The translations under genes and the position numbers were made by a program. DNA of 32,000 nt from Formosa sp. Hel1_33_131. GTDB taxonomy: Bacteria; Bacteroidota; Bacteroidia; Flavobacteriales; Flavobacteriaceae. Of the stretch, positions 14,978-25,322 are shown one piece after another (positions within the stretch are counted from its first letter, which is position 1; each line of letters begins with the position of its first letter). The stretch spans positions 2,340,001-2,372,000 of the forward strand of contig NZ_CP017260.1 in the NCBI RefSeq assembly GCF_001735745.1, given 5' to 3'. The notes under the pieces are model-generated. The model ran no database searches. It was not told the origin of the DNA and was given only the letters and a program-made list of their open reading frames with translations.

Positions 14978-17145
14978 TATTTTTTAGAATTCACATATTC
15001 AAGGCGGTCCACACTCACATTGGTTGTGAAAAGTCCATAATTGACCACCGCTTTATTTTTCTCTAATTTATCAATCGTACCCACCGCGCGGCCATCTTCC
15101 AGTCGGACTTGGTCTCCAATTTTCAAGGTGCGTTTTGGTTTTGGTGGAATCAGTGCTGCTTTTTCTTTTTGTTGCTTTTTTTGTTGGCGAATCACCGCTA
15201 CTTTTTGACCGACTTCCTTCTTTAATTCAATTTCTTTTGCCAAAAGAATCTTCTTTTGTTTGAGGCTTATTTTTTGACGTTTCGAATTGTCAATCTGCAC
15301 CAATTTAAAAAGTTCGTTCATCAATTCGCGTTTCCGATTGTTATCGAAATAGCGTTCACCTAAATCACTAATTTTTTGTCCCAGATACACCAAACGCTGA
15401 TTGCTGTCAAAAAGTTCTTGATAGCTTTGCAGTTTTTTCTTTGCCTTGGCATTCGTTGTCTCTAATTTATCGGCTTCTAAACTCTTTTTAATTTCATTTT
15501 GTTTGAGCGCACGTTCGGTTTTTTCAAGTTTCGAACGTTCTTTTTGAAGCTTCGAAATGGTTTTATCAAACCGTATTTTGCCGCGCTCAATTTTCTTTTT
15601 AGACCGATTGATCAAACTGAAAGGAATGCCGTTTTTCTGAGCCACTTCAAAAGTGAAAGAACTTCCCGCTTGTCCAATCACCAACTTATACAACGGTAGT
15701 AAGGTCTTTTCATCAAACAACATATTCGCATTCTGAATGTGTGGCAATTCGTTGGCCAATAATTTTAAATTACTATAATGCGTCGTAATGATGCCAAACG
15801 CTTCTCGCTCGTAAAACACTTCCAAAAAAGTTTCTGCCAAGGCACCTCCCAATTCAGGATCACTTCCCGTCCCAAATTCATCAATTAAAAAGAGGGTATG
15901 CTTGTTACACTTCTTTAAAAAATAATTCATCTGCTTCAGACGGTAGCTATACGTACTTAAATGGTTTTCAATCGATTGATTATCGCCAATATCACTTAAA
16001 ATTGAATCAAACAAACACAGTTTAGACCGTTCATGGACAGGTATCAACATGCCCGATTGCACCATAATTTGAAGCAGTCCAACCGTTTTTAGCGTGATAC
16101 TTTTCCCCCCAGCATTCGGACCCGAAATTACAATGATTCGACTTTCGGTAGTCATCGTAATTGTTTGTGGAAAAGTGGTAATTCCTTCATTTTTATTCGC
16201 CACCAATAACAAAGGGTGGTAAGCGTCCACAAGCTCAATTTCTTGATGTTCTGTAACTTCTGGAAGAATGGCATCAATTACTTTGGCATATTTTGCTTTG
16301 GCATAGATGACATCTAATTTTGTCAGAAATAACTGAAAATCTTCTAAGAGGGGGCCGTAACCACTTATAAAACTGGTAAGCTCAAGTAAAATCCGCTTGA
16401 TTTCTTCGGTTTCTTCAAAGGTTAAATTATTAAGATCCCGTTGGTGTTGTTGTGTGGTATCTGGTTCAATATAGACGATGCTGCCTGTTTTACTAGCCCC
16501 CAAAATACTGCCTTTTACCTTGCGTCGGTACATCGCCTTGACGGCCAATACACGTCGGTTTTCCATCACCGTTTCACGGATGTCATCCAAATAATCCAAG
16601 CTGTTATAATTGCTTAAAGCAGAATTGAAACTGGTATTGATTTTTATACGAACCGCTTGAATCGATTTACGCAATCCGTACAAGGTATCAGATGCATCGT
16701 TGCGAATTTCGCCAAATTTATCAACCACGCTATTAATGGCTTCTGGGATCTCTTTATTGGATTCTAATAGCAAAGAAACTTTGTGTAAAAGCGGATAGTA
16801 TTCATGAAATTTCTTAAAGAATTTCAATAAGATATTTGTGGTCAAACAGATGCTTGCTATTTTTCGAAATCCGTCTATTTCTAGATAATTATTCTCAATC
16901 CGAATTAATTTTAATTCTGCGGTGATCGCATCAAACCCGTGGTTTGGAATTCGATTTTCATTATCAAAAGAAGCTACAAATTCGTTGGTGAGCTGTAGCG
17001 CTTCAATCACATCCTCTCTTTTTGAAAAAGGGAGTGTTCCGAGAATTTCAATTTTCCCCAAGCTTGTAACATTGTGAGTTGCCACCTGTTGAATTACGGA
17101 TTCAAATTCTAAATCCTGCAATGTTTTCTTGGAAATATTAATCAT
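14977..17145 (-). CDS. mutS2: MutS2-family protein
   Basis: MutS ATPase core GPNAGGKSITLKTVGL and LIDEFGTGSDPELG; 722 aa; long coiled C-terminal region. Confidence 0.85.
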   Translation of the reverse strand: MINISKKTLQDLEFESVIQQVATHNVTSLGKIEILGTLPFSKREDVIEALQLTNEFVASFDNENRIPNHGFDAITAELKLIRIENNYLEIDGFRKIASICLTTNILLKFFKKFHEYYPLLHKVSLLLESNKEIPEAINSVVDKFGEIRNDASDTLYGLRKSIQAVRIKINTSFNSALSNYNSLDYLDDIRETVMENRRVLAVKAMYRRKVKGSILGASKTGSIVYIEPDTTQQHQRDLNNLTFEETEEIKRILLELTSFISGYGPLLEDFQLFLTKLDVIYAKAKYAKVIDAILPEVTEHQEIELVDAYHPLLLVANKNEGITTFPQTITMTTESRIIVISGPNAGGKSITLKTVGLLQIMVQSGMLIPVHERSKLCLFDSILSDIGDNQSIENHLSTYSYRLKQMNYFLKKCNKHTLFLIDEFGTGSDPELGGALAETFLEVFYEREAFGIITTHYSNLKLLANELPHIQNANMLFDEKTLLPLYKLVIGQAGSSFTFEVAQKNGIPFSLINRSKKKIERGKIRFDKTISKLQKERSKLEKTERALKQNEIKKSLEADKLETTNAKAKKKLQSYQELFDSNQRLVYLGQKISDLGERYFDNNRKRELMNELFKLVQIDNSKRQKISLKQKKILLAKEIELKKEVGQKVAVIRQQKKQQKEKAALIPPKPKRTLKIGDQVRLEDGRAVGTIDKLEKNKAVVNYGLFTTNVSVDRLEYVNSKK

Positions 17146-17201
17146 AGCGTTCGTGCATAAGTCGTCACAAATGTAGGTATTAATGTTTAAAATATATAGT
17201 T

Positions 17202-17209
17202 TAAATTTG
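17202..17209 (+). promoter_or_regulatory. -7 box TAAATTTG upstream of ung
   Basis: TAnnTTTG match 33 nt upstream of the ATG at 17242. Confidence 0.3.
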
Positions 17210-17241
17210 CCATCTAAGCCTTAATTGTTAAGCTCTATTTT

Positions 17242-17907
17242 ATGTTACAACTCAGCGGGACTTGGCGTTCCCATTTAGAACCAGAATTTAAGAAACCTTA
17301 CTTCGAGACATTGGATGTTTTTGTGCATGCCGAATATGGTTTACACCCCTGTTATCCCCCTTTTAATCAGATTTTTAATGCGTTTGAAAGCTGTGCGTTT
17401 GAAGCGGTTAAGGTTGTCATCATCGGTCAGGATCCCTACCATGGTGAAGGACAGGCCAACGGTTTGTGTTTTTCTGTGAATGAAGGAATGCCGCATCCAC
17501 CTTCTTTAAAAAATATTTTCAAGGAATTAGAAACGGATTTGAAACTTCCAGTTCCGTCTAGTGGCGATTTAAGTCCGTGGGCAAACCAAGGCGTGTTACT
17601 TTTAAATGCAACCTTGAGTGTCCGTGCAAAGGAAGCGGGGAGTCATCAAAAACACGGGTGGGAAAAATTCACAAATGAGGTGATCAAAACACTTTCTAGG
17701 GAACGATCGGATTTGGTATTTTTATTATGGGGAAGTTTTGCTAAAAATAAAATTAGATTTATCGATACAGAAAAACATACTGTTTTACAAACGGGACATC
17801 CATCGCCTTTGAGTGCCAATCGTGGTTATTGGTTCGGGAATAAGCATTTTAGTAAAACGAATGAAGTGCTGAAATCATTAGGCAAATCGCCCATTCAATG
17901 GGGTTAA
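17242..17907 (+). CDS. ung: uracil-DNA glycosylase
   Basis: GQDPYHG, LLLN and HPSPLS motifs; 221 aa. Confidence 0.95.
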   Translation: MLQLSGTWRSHLEPEFKKPYFETLDVFVHAEYGLHPCYPPFNQIFNAFESCAFEAVKVVIIGQDPYHGEGQANGLCFSVNEGMPHPPSLKNIFKELETDLKLPVPSSGDLSPWANQGVLLLNATLSVRAKEAGSHQKHGWEKFTNEVIKTLSRERSDLVFLLWGSFAKNKIRFIDTEKHTVLQTGHPSPLSANRGYWFGNKHFSKTNEVLKSLGKSPIQWG

Positions 17908-18764
17908 TCTTCTAGAGAGGCAACCAATTTATTGTAGGGTAGTTTTTCGGAAATGATGTCTAATTTCAACAATTGATTTTGAACCGCTTCAACGGTAGAA
18001 GATTCAATGTTTTCTTGTGACCATTCCGTAAGCTCTAACCAATTTTTTACATCTTCATTTTTTTGCTGATAGCGTTCGGAAATAATTGCATCGATTTCAG
18101 GGATTTGTTTAAAACCAGCCGTGATTGTATTGATGACTTCTAGAATGGCTTGAAGCGTTTCCTTTTCATTAGTTATAAATTCATCGCGCACCGCAATCAC
18201 AAAGCAAGGCCACGGCGTTGGACAATCGCCCAAACGTCGGAATGTCTGTTGATCCACTAAAGGCTTTGTCGTAAATTTTTCCCACATAAAATAATCAGCC
18301 TTCTCATGTGTAAGTGCCTCCACAGCACCATCCAAATCTTTCACAACTTCAAACTCTAAATCCGTTGCTGTATCCCATCCAAGTTCTAACGCATTCACAT
18401 ACGCCATCAGATGCGATCCAGAGCCATAGCGACTGATAGCAGCCCGTTGGCCTTTGAGGTCACTGAGTTTTTTAAATGCGGATTTTTCTGCCACATGGAT
18501 TCCCCAAATCAAGGGCGACTCTACAAAAACTTGCACAATTTTACAAGGACTGCCTTCTGTGATGTCTTTAATAATTCCTTCGGTTAGAATCACAGCGATG
18601 TCAATTTCATTATCACGCAGTGCTTTGGTCATTTGACCCGTACCACCAAAATAATTCTTCCAACGAACATTGATGTCGTGGGGTTTAAAATGGCCTTGTT
18701 TTAAAGCCAAATACCAAGCGTAATTGAAGTGTTCAGGAACTCCACCAATGCGTACATTTTTCAT
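17904..18764 (-). CDS. periplasmic-binding-fold protein (NMT1/SsuA-like), no signal peptide
   Basis: General resemblance only (IGGVPEHFNYAW..., GSGSHLMAY). Confidence 0.45.
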   Translation of the reverse strand: MKNVRIGGVPEHFNYAWYLALKQGHFKPHDINVRWKNYFGGTGQMTKALRDNEIDIAVILTEGIIKDITEGSPCKIVQVFVESPLIWGIHVAEKSAFKKLSDLKGQRAAISRYGSGSHLMAYVNALELGWDTATDLEFEVVKDLDGAVEALTHEKADYFMWEKFTTKPLVDQQTFRRLGDCPTPWPCFVIAVRDEFITNEKETLQAILEVINTITAGFKQIPEIDAIISERYQQKNEDVKNWLELTEWSQENIESSTVEAVQNQLLKLDIISEKLPYNKLVASLED

Positions 18765-18854
18765 GTGTGTATTGTTATTGATTTTTAATGGTCACATGTT
18801 ACATCCATTTGATTATTTTTCTTAGGTTTCAAGTTTTAGTTATGGATGTTTCAT

Positions 18855-19724
18855 CTAAGAAATAAGTTTATTCAGCGTATAAGTTATTAATTTTTCGATA
18901 GTGGCCTGCGGGTCTTTACTAAAAGTCCCCAAAGCCCTGTTGGCTAAAATAGCATTCATAGAACAGGCTTCATGCCCCAATAATTTTGACAATCCATAAA
19001 TGGCAGAAGTCTCCATTTCAAAATTGGTTACTCTCAAGCCGTTATACTCAAAACTATCTATTTTTTGATTTATGTTTTCGTCTTGTAATTCCAAGCGTAA
19101 TACACGGCCTTGCGGTCCGTAAAACCCGCCACAAGTCGCCGTCAGTCCGTTAATGGTCTGATCACTTTTTAATTTTACTTCTAATATTTTTGAATTTTCA
19201 ATGATGACAGGATAGGGTTTTTGTGGACTCCATTGCGTATGTTTCACAAAAGCAGCTTCGATATCCGAATGTTTGATCGCAGCAATTTTATAGGATTGTA
19301 ACATCCCATTAATATCCATTCCATACCCACTCAGTACAAAACTGTCAATATCAATATCAGGTTGTAAAGCCCCGGAAGTTCCAATACGCACAATCGATAA
19401 ACTTGTTTTATTCGCTTTGATTTCTCGTGTTTCAAAGTCAATATTCACCAAGGCATCCAGTTCATTAAGCACAATATCAATATTATCTGGACCGATTCCT
19501 GTAGAAATTACAGAGAGGCGTTTCCCTTTATAAATTCCTGTTTGGGTTTTAAATTCACGACTTTGCACCTCAAAATCTACAGTATCAAAATGCTTCGTCA
19601 CTTCAGTCACGCGCTCTTGATCCCCCACAAAAATGATGGTATCCGCAATGTCGGAAGGTTTTAAATGAAGATGATAAATACTACCATCCGAATTGAGTAT
19701 GAGTTCAGAATTTTTTATTGACAT
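18855..19724 (-). CDS. nucleoside phosphorylase (PNP/UDP family 1)
   Basis: RIGTSGAL and FEMETSAIY motifs. Confidence 0.8.
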   Translation of the reverse strand: MSIKNSELILNSDGSIYHLHLKPSDIADTIIFVGDQERVTEVTKHFDTVDFEVQSREFKTQTGIYKGKRLSVISTGIGPDNIDIVLNELDALVNIDFETREIKANKTSLSIVRIGTSGALQPDIDIDSFVLSGYGMDINGMLQSYKIAAIKHSDIEAAFVKHTQWSPQKPYPVIIENSKILEVKLKSDQTINGLTATCGGFYGPQGRVLRLELQDENINQKIDSFEYNGLRVTNFEMETSAIYGLSKLLGHEACSMNAILANRALGTFSKDPQATIEKLITYTLNKLIS

Positions 19725-19739
19725 TTAATTGTTTTATGG

Positions 19740-20069
19740 TTAGCCCCCAACACGTTTGACATTGAATCCCAATTCTTTTAAAAACTCCATAATTTTATCT
19801 CTGTAATCGCCTTGTATGATGATGCTGTCGTTTTTAAAACTGCCACCCACACTGAACTTCTTTTTGAGATCTTTGGCAAGGATTTTAAAATCTTTATCCC
19901 CCCCAGTGTAGCCTTCAATAATGGTGATGGGTTTCCCTTTTCGTTTTTCGTATTTACAAATAATAGGGGCGTCTTGCATCCAAAGGGATGTTTTTTTTAC
20001 TTCAGAGAGGTCTTCGGGACTTTCGGTATGCTCTGGGAATAGGTTTTTAAGTTGGTCTTTTAAATCCAT
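19740..20069 (-). CDS. SUI1/YciH-type translation initiation factor
   Basis: 109 aa with a SUI1-like core: RKGKPITIIEGY...KDLKKKFSVGGS...IIIQGD. Confidence 0.8.
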   Translation of the reverse strand: MDLKDQLKNLFPEHTESPEDLSEVKKTSLWMQDAPIICKYEKRKGKPITIIEGYTGGDKDFKILAKDLKKKFSVGGSFKNDSIIIQGDYRDKIMEFLKELGFNVKRVGG

Positions 20070-21019
20070 TATTTTTTGGCGAATCCTAATTCTTTAATAC
20101 GTTGATCCAAATATTCGCCCGCAGTGATGTCATCAAATTGTTTTGGGTGTTCGGCATCAATACAGTCCTCTAAGACGTTTAATTTCATAGCACTGATAGG
20201 GTGCAAGAAAAAAGGAATCGAATAGCGCGAAGTACCCCATAGTTCTCGTGGTGGATTCACCACACGGTGGATGGTTGATTTTAATTTATTATTGGTATGA
20301 CGCGAGAGCATATCGCCCACATTGATCATTAATTCATCTGGATTTGCGATGGCATCAATCCAATCGCCATCATGATTTTGAACTTGCAGTCCTTTTCCTT
20401 GTGCCCCCATTAATAAGGTAATCAAGTTGATATCTCCATGGGCTGCAGCACGTTCTGCATTTTTTGGTTCTTCTTGAATGGGTGGATAATGAATAGGGCG
20501 TAAGATGCTATTTCCATTATGCACATAGTTGTCAAAATAAAATTCATCCAATCCTAAATGGATGGACAGTGCTCTTAAAACATAAGTAGCTGTTTTCTCC
20601 AACATTTTATACGTTTCTTTTCCGACCTTATTAAATTCAGCCAACTCTGGAACTTCTACGTTTTTAGGATATTCTGCTTCGAGTTCTGGATTGTCTTGCA
20701 CATACTGTCCAAAATGCCAAAATTCTTTTAAATCGCCTTCTTTTCTTCCTTTTGCACTTTCCTTTCCAAAAGATACATAACCACGTTGTCCTCCAATTTC
20801 TGGAACTTCATAGCTTTGTTTTTGAGCTGTTGGTAAATCAAAAAATTTCTTTATTTCTGAATATAAAGTATCCACTAAAGTATCATCCAAAAAATGGCCT
20901 TTAAGTGCTACGAACCCAATTGTTTCGTATGCTTCACCAATTTCATCTACAAATTTTTGTTTGACTTTTGGATCGTTGGATAAAAACTCTGAAAGATTGA
21001 CACTTGGAATTTTGTTCAT
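20069..21019 (-). CDS. 2OG-Fe(II) oxygenase (isopenicillin N synthase family)
   Basis: HGDINLITLL (HxD) and STIHRV motifs; 316 aa. Confidence 0.8.
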   Translation of the reverse strand: MNKIPSVNLSEFLSNDPKVKQKFVDEIGEAYETIGFVALKGHFLDDTLVDTLYSEIKKFFDLPTAQKQSYEVPEIGGQRGYVSFGKESAKGRKEGDLKEFWHFGQYVQDNPELEAEYPKNVEVPELAEFNKVGKETYKMLEKTATYVLRALSIHLGLDEFYFDNYVHNGNSILRPIHYPPIQEEPKNAERAAAHGDINLITLLMGAQGKGLQVQNHDGDWIDAIANPDELMINVGDMLSRHTNNKLKSTIHRVVNPPRELWGTSRYSIPFFLHPISAMKLNVLEDCIDAEHPKQFDDITAGEYLDQRIKELGFAKK

Positions 21020-21125
21020 GGCTTTTGTTTAATCATGTTTGTAACAAAGATAACAATTCAAACAATAAGCACAACAGTAAATATAAATATCCAAATCTCA
21101 CTTCGTAAAGATGTTCGTTTTTTAA

Positions 21126-21230
21126 GTGTCTGAAAATGAATTAAACCGTATCCGTAAATACATTCGTGAAAACCCTGTGATCTGGCAACGGGATCGAAAT
21201 AATGAAAATAAATTTAAAACTACAAAATGA
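21126..21230 (+). pseudogene. possible C-terminal relic of an IS200-like/COG1943 transposase-like gene
   Basis: Reads VSENELNRIRKYIRENPVIWQRDRNNENKFKTTK*. This resembles the conserved tail (NE-x-L-x-x-I-R-x-YI-x-x-NP-x-x-W-x-x-D) of that family as I recall it. A stop codon sits immediately upstream and there is no ATG. Confidence 0.3.
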
Positions 21231-21314
21231 GGTGGTATTTCAATTAACATGATCCATTCAAAAATTATACAAAAGCAATTTTTAAAGTTAAACGGAGTTA
21301 ACTATTATTTTCCT

Positions 21315-21322
21315 ATTTTTGA
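21315..21322 (+). promoter_or_regulatory. -7 box TATTTTTG upstream of the E1 gene
   Basis: TAnnTTTG match 19 nt upstream of the TTG start at 21341. Confidence 0.3.
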
Positions 21323-21340
21323 AACAGAAATATACTAGAT

Positions 21341-23329
21341 TTGAAACCATTATTTAACTACGATTTTAAAGAAGTAAGCCCAGAAACTCAAAAGGCATTG
21401 TATTTCAATATGTTGAAATCCAGACTTATCGAGGATAAAATGTTGATATTACTCCGACAAGGAAAAATATCAAAATGGTTTTCAGGGATTGGACAAGAAG
21501 CCATTTCTGTTGGGGTCACATTGGCCTTGAACTCCGATGAATACATCCTTCCAATGCACCGTAATTTAGGAGTGTTTACAACGCGAGAAATTCCCTTATA
21601 CCGTTTGTTTTCTCAATGGCAAGGAAAAGCCAACGGCTTTACAAAAGGGCGGGACCGTTCGTTTCATTTTGGAACCCAAGATTATAAAATTATTGGAATG
21701 ATTTCGCATTTAGGGCCTCAGCTTGGGGTTGCCGATGGGATTGCACTTTCTCATATATTAAAAAAAGAACCTAAATTGACTGCTGTATTTTCAGGAGATG
21801 GCGGGACGAGCGAAGGCGATTTCCACGAAGCGCTGAATGTGGCTTCTGTTTGGAATTTACCCGTTTTATTTTGCATTGAAAATAATGGCTATGGACTTTC
21901 GACCCCGTCTAATGAACAATATAATTGTGAATCCATTGCCGATCGTGGCGTGGGCTATGGAATGGAATCTCATGTGATTGAAGGCAATAATGTGATGGAA
22001 GTGTTTTCTAAATTAGATACCATTGCAAAAAGTGTTCGACTCAATCCACGACCTGTTTTGATTGAATTTAAAACATTCAGAATGCGAGGCCATGAAGAGG
22101 CGAGTGGGACGAAATATGTTGCTCAAGAGCTGTTAGATGCGTGGGCTGAAAAAGATCCTATCTCTAATTTTGAGATCTATCTTCTTCAAGAAAAAGTAAT
22201 TACAGAAACTGAAATAGAGGATTTTAAAGCGGCCTATAAAAAAGAAATTCAAGACGGATTGCAAACGGCTTCTGAGGAACCTGCGATCATTCCAGATTTA
22301 GAAACGGAGCTCGCAGATGTTTATAAATCGTTTGAATATAAAGAAACGAAACCCACATCAAACCAAGAAACAAAACGATTGATTGATGCCATTTCGGATG
22401 GCCTTCGTCAGTCCATGGAAGTACATCCCGATTTGGTGATTATGGGACAAGACATTGCCGAATATGGAGGGGTTTTTAAAATCACAGAAAATTTTGTCGA
22501 ACAGTTTGGAAAAGCACGCGTTCGGAATACACCCATTTGTGAATCTGCGATTGTGGAAGCAGCGATGGGCTTGTCCATTGCGGGCATCAAATCAGTGGTT
22601 GAAATGCAATTTGCAGATTTTGTAAGTTCAGGATTTAATCCGGTGGTTAATTATTTAGCAAAATCCCATTACCGATGGGGGCAAGCAGCGGATATTGTGG
22701 TCCGTATGCCTTGTGGAGCCAGCGTGGCTGCTGGGCCTTTTCATTCCCAAACCAACGAAGCTTGGTTTACAAAAACCCCTGGTCTAAAAGTGATATATCC
22801 CGCCTTTCCTTACGATGCAAAAGGCTTGTTGGCAACCGCCATCAACGATCCTAATCCAGTCTTGTTTTTTGAGCATAAAGCCTTGTACAGAAGCATAAGG
22901 CATGAGGTGCCTACAGATTATTTTACGCTGCCGTTCGGTGTTGCTTCAACACTCAAAAAGGGTACGGATGTTACCATTATTTCTTATGGAGCTGCAGTAC
23001 ATTGGGCATTGGAAACTTTAGAGAAACATCCGCATATATCCGCGGATTTAATAGATTTAAGAAGTTTGCAACCCTTAGATTTTGAAGCCATATTAGCGTC
23101 CGTTAAAAAAACCAATAAAGCCATTATAGTACAAGAAGACTCGTTGTTTGGAAGTATTGCTTCTGATATTTCGTCCCAATTGATGGAACAAGCGTTTGAG
23201 TTTTTAGATGCACCTGTCAAACGAGTGGCAAGTATAGAAACTCCCATTCCATTTGCAAGTCAGCTAGAACAGCAGTATCTTGCAAAGCGAACTTTTGAGC
23301 ATGAATTAATGGAGTTACTAGCGTATTAA
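21341..23329 (+). CDS. fused alpha/beta E1 component of a 2-oxoacid dehydrogenase (TPP-dependent)
   Basis: The alpha part carries GDGGTSEGDFHEALN...NNGYG (TPP motif). The beta part carries transketolase-like MGQDIAEYGGVF...NTPICE. 662 aa with a TTG start. Confidence 0.85.
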   Translation: MKPLFNYDFKEVSPETQKALYFNMLKSRLIEDKMLILLRQGKISKWFSGIGQEAISVGVTLALNSDEYILPMHRNLGVFTTREIPLYRLFSQWQGKANGFTKGRDRSFHFGTQDYKIIGMISHLGPQLGVADGIALSHILKKEPKLTAVFSGDGGTSEGDFHEALNVASVWNLPVLFCIENNGYGLSTPSNEQYNCESIADRGVGYGMESHVIEGNNVMEVFSKLDTIAKSVRLNPRPVLIEFKTFRMRGHEEASGTKYVAQELLDAWAEKDPISNFEIYLLQEKVITETEIEDFKAAYKKEIQDGLQTASEEPAIIPDLETELADVYKSFEYKETKPTSNQETKRLIDAISDGLRQSMEVHPDLVIMGQDIAEYGGVFKITENFVEQFGKARVRNTPICESAIVEAAMGLSIAGIKSVVEMQFADFVSSGFNPVVNYLAKSHYRWGQAADIVVRMPCGASVAAGPFHSQTNEAWFTKTPGLKVIYPAFPYDAKGLLATAINDPNPVLFFEHKALYRSIRHEVPTDYFTLPFGVASTLKKGTDVTIISYGAAVHWALETLEKHPHISADLIDLRSLQPLDFEAILASVKKTNKAIIVQEDSLFGSIASDISSQLMEQAFEFLDAPVKRVASIETPIPFASQLEQQYLAKRTFEHELMELLAY

Positions 23330-24205
23330 ATGGAGTATTTAGAATTGTTTTTAAACGCCTTTATGGGAACCGTACAGTGGACTTGGAAATCCATTTGTTT
23401 TGAGGTGCCTTGGACGCAAAATTATTTTTGGGGTCTGATAGCGATCTCATTAATTGTGTGGGGAATTGAAATGATTTTTCCTTGGCGCAAACAACAATCA
23501 GTTTTTAGAAAAGATTTTTTTCTTGATGGGTTTTATATGTTTTTCAACTTTTTCATCTTTAGTATGTTGATTAGTGGAGTGTATAAAATCATCACCAAAA
23601 TTGCAGTCGATGCGTTTCAGATTTCTCCAAATGCCATTGCCCTCGTTGATTTGTCTAATTTTTCACCCCTACTTCAATTATTGATTTTCTTTGTTGTTCT
23701 CGATTTTGTACAATGGTTGACACATATCATATTACACCGTTTTTCGTTTTTATGGAAATTTCATAAAGTGCACCACTCAGTAAAAGAAATGGGGTTTGCG
23801 GCACATTTGCGCTACCATTGGATGGAGAATATTCTTTACAAACCGTTCAAAGTGATTGCGTTAATGTTATTGGGAGGCTTTGAACCTGAGCAAGCATTTA
23901 TCATTCACTTTATTGCCATTTCAATTGGACACCTGAACCATGCGAATATCAAATTAGATTATGGTCCTTTAAAATATGTATTTAACAACCCCGTGATGCA
24001 TTTATATCACCATGCACAGGCAATTCCTAAAGGATTTAAAACTGGAGTTAATTTTGCAATCAGCTTAAGTTTGTGGGATTATATTTTTAAAACCAACTAT
24101 GTGCCAACGCCAGATAAAAATCTTGTGTTAGGTTACAGCGATGACCAACAAATGCCATCTGGGTTTTTTGGTCAGTTGTTTTATGGGTTTAAAAAAGGAG
24201 ATTAA
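23330..24205 (+). CDS. sterol desaturase / fatty acid hydroxylase family membrane protein
   Basis: Histidine boxes HRFSFLWKFHKVHHS and HLYHH; multiple TM segments. Confidence 0.8.
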   Translation: MEYLELFLNAFMGTVQWTWKSICFEVPWTQNYFWGLIAISLIVWGIEMIFPWRKQQSVFRKDFFLDGFYMFFNFFIFSMLISGVYKIITKIAVDAFQISPNAIALVDLSNFSPLLQLLIFFVVLDFVQWLTHIILHRFSFLWKFHKVHHSVKEMGFAAHLRYHWMENILYKPFKVIALMLLGGFEPEQAFIIHFIAISIGHLNHANIKLDYGPLKYVFNNPVMHLYHHAQAIPKGFKTGVNFAISLSLWDYIFKTNYVPTPDKNLVLGYSDDQQMPSGFFGQLFYGFKKGD

Positions 24206-24206
24206 T

Positions 24207-25232
24207 TTAAGAATCTTTTCGAGCGTTCATAAAATCTGTAATCAAATAGGAGAGGAGCTTTCCAGTTAGTGCGTTTGTTTGTGAATCTTCACCAGTTGCA
24301 GCTTCACAAATATGTAAGTAAGTGGCGTTTGGGTCGCTTCCAAAATAGTGTACAAATTGACGTGTTTGATTTACAGAAAACCCACTCGGTGTCTGCGCAC
24401 TGCTAGGAATGTTTTGAATGGCATCACAATCAATTTCAATTCCAAATTTTGTATTAGAAATAAAGTCCATCGCGTTTTCAGAAGCCTTCTTAAAAGACAT
24501 CTTTTTACGAACGATAAGATCCTCAAAAGTATTGAATTCTATTTTTGATTTTGACACCTCTATATAGTTTAAAATCTCTTTAGAAGTATAATTTTCATGC
24601 ACTCCAAAAATAAAGTAGCGATCCAAATAACCTTCTTCTAGAGCGTATTTAAAGCCATTTCCACTGTGTCGACCTTCTAGTGCTCGTAAATCTGTATGGG
24701 CATCAAAATTTAGACTGTTTATTTTAGAATCTAAAGCGAGTGCACTTCCTTTTATAGCGCCATACGCATTGTTGTGACCGCCTCCAATGAGAATGGGAAT
24801 CTTTCCCGCCTTAACAATTGTACAAACCAATTCTGTAACACTCTTGTCAATCTGCTCCACATAGGTTTGATAGGTGTGTTGGAGTTGATCGGGTTGGATT
24901 GAAGGCAGAGTATCGTATAATTCTGAAAAATCCAAGTGGCCTAACAAAAGTACATTCGAAGGGTTTGTAAATTGATTGCTCTGAAGGTTTAAAAGTGATT
25001 TCAAGGCAACATCCCAAGTATCTTTTGCACCAGCGCGCCCATTATTCGCCAAAACGCCAATGTCTTCTTTGATTCCAAAAAGCACAAATTTCACTTCAGA
25101 ATCTTCGAGTATCGAAGGTAAATGAGTCGTGTTCTTCAGGTATTTAACAAGTTCAAAAAATTTAGTTTCACCCGCTCTTTTGGTCGTGATGCGATTTAAC
25201 GTTTCAGTGGAAATAATTTGAAGATTGTTCAT
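24207..25232 (-). CDS. hutG: formimidoylglutamase (arginase family)
   Basis: Arginase-fold metal motifs GGGHN, FDAHTDLR and EIDCDAI. Confidence 0.75.
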   Translation of the reverse strand: MNNLQIISTETLNRITTKRAGETKFFELVKYLKNTTHLPSILEDSEVKFVLFGIKEDIGVLANNGRAGAKDTWDVALKSLLNLQSNQFTNPSNVLLLGHLDFSELYDTLPSIQPDQLQHTYQTYVEQIDKSVTELVCTIVKAGKIPILIGGGHNNAYGAIKGSALALDSKINSLNFDAHTDLRALEGRHSGNGFKYALEEGYLDRYFIFGVHENYTSKEILNYIEVSKSKIEFNTFEDLIVRKKMSFKKASENAMDFISNTKFGIEIDCDAIQNIPSSAQTPSGFSVNQTRQFVHYFGSDPNATYLHICEAATGEDSQTNALTGKLLSYLITDFMNARKDS

Positions 25233-25322
25233 TTTTTGTAATACATTTGCTGGACTTTAAAATTACAATAATTTTTATTGATTTTAAAAACCATTTATTT
25301 TAATCCTTAATTATATACCATT

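Noticed and set aside
17904-17907. ung and the convergent binding-fold gene share a TTAA, so their stop codons overlap on opposite strands. TAATG and ATGA overlaps also occur at 14977 and 20069.
   Set aside because: This is real but ordinary genome compaction and needs no further explanation.
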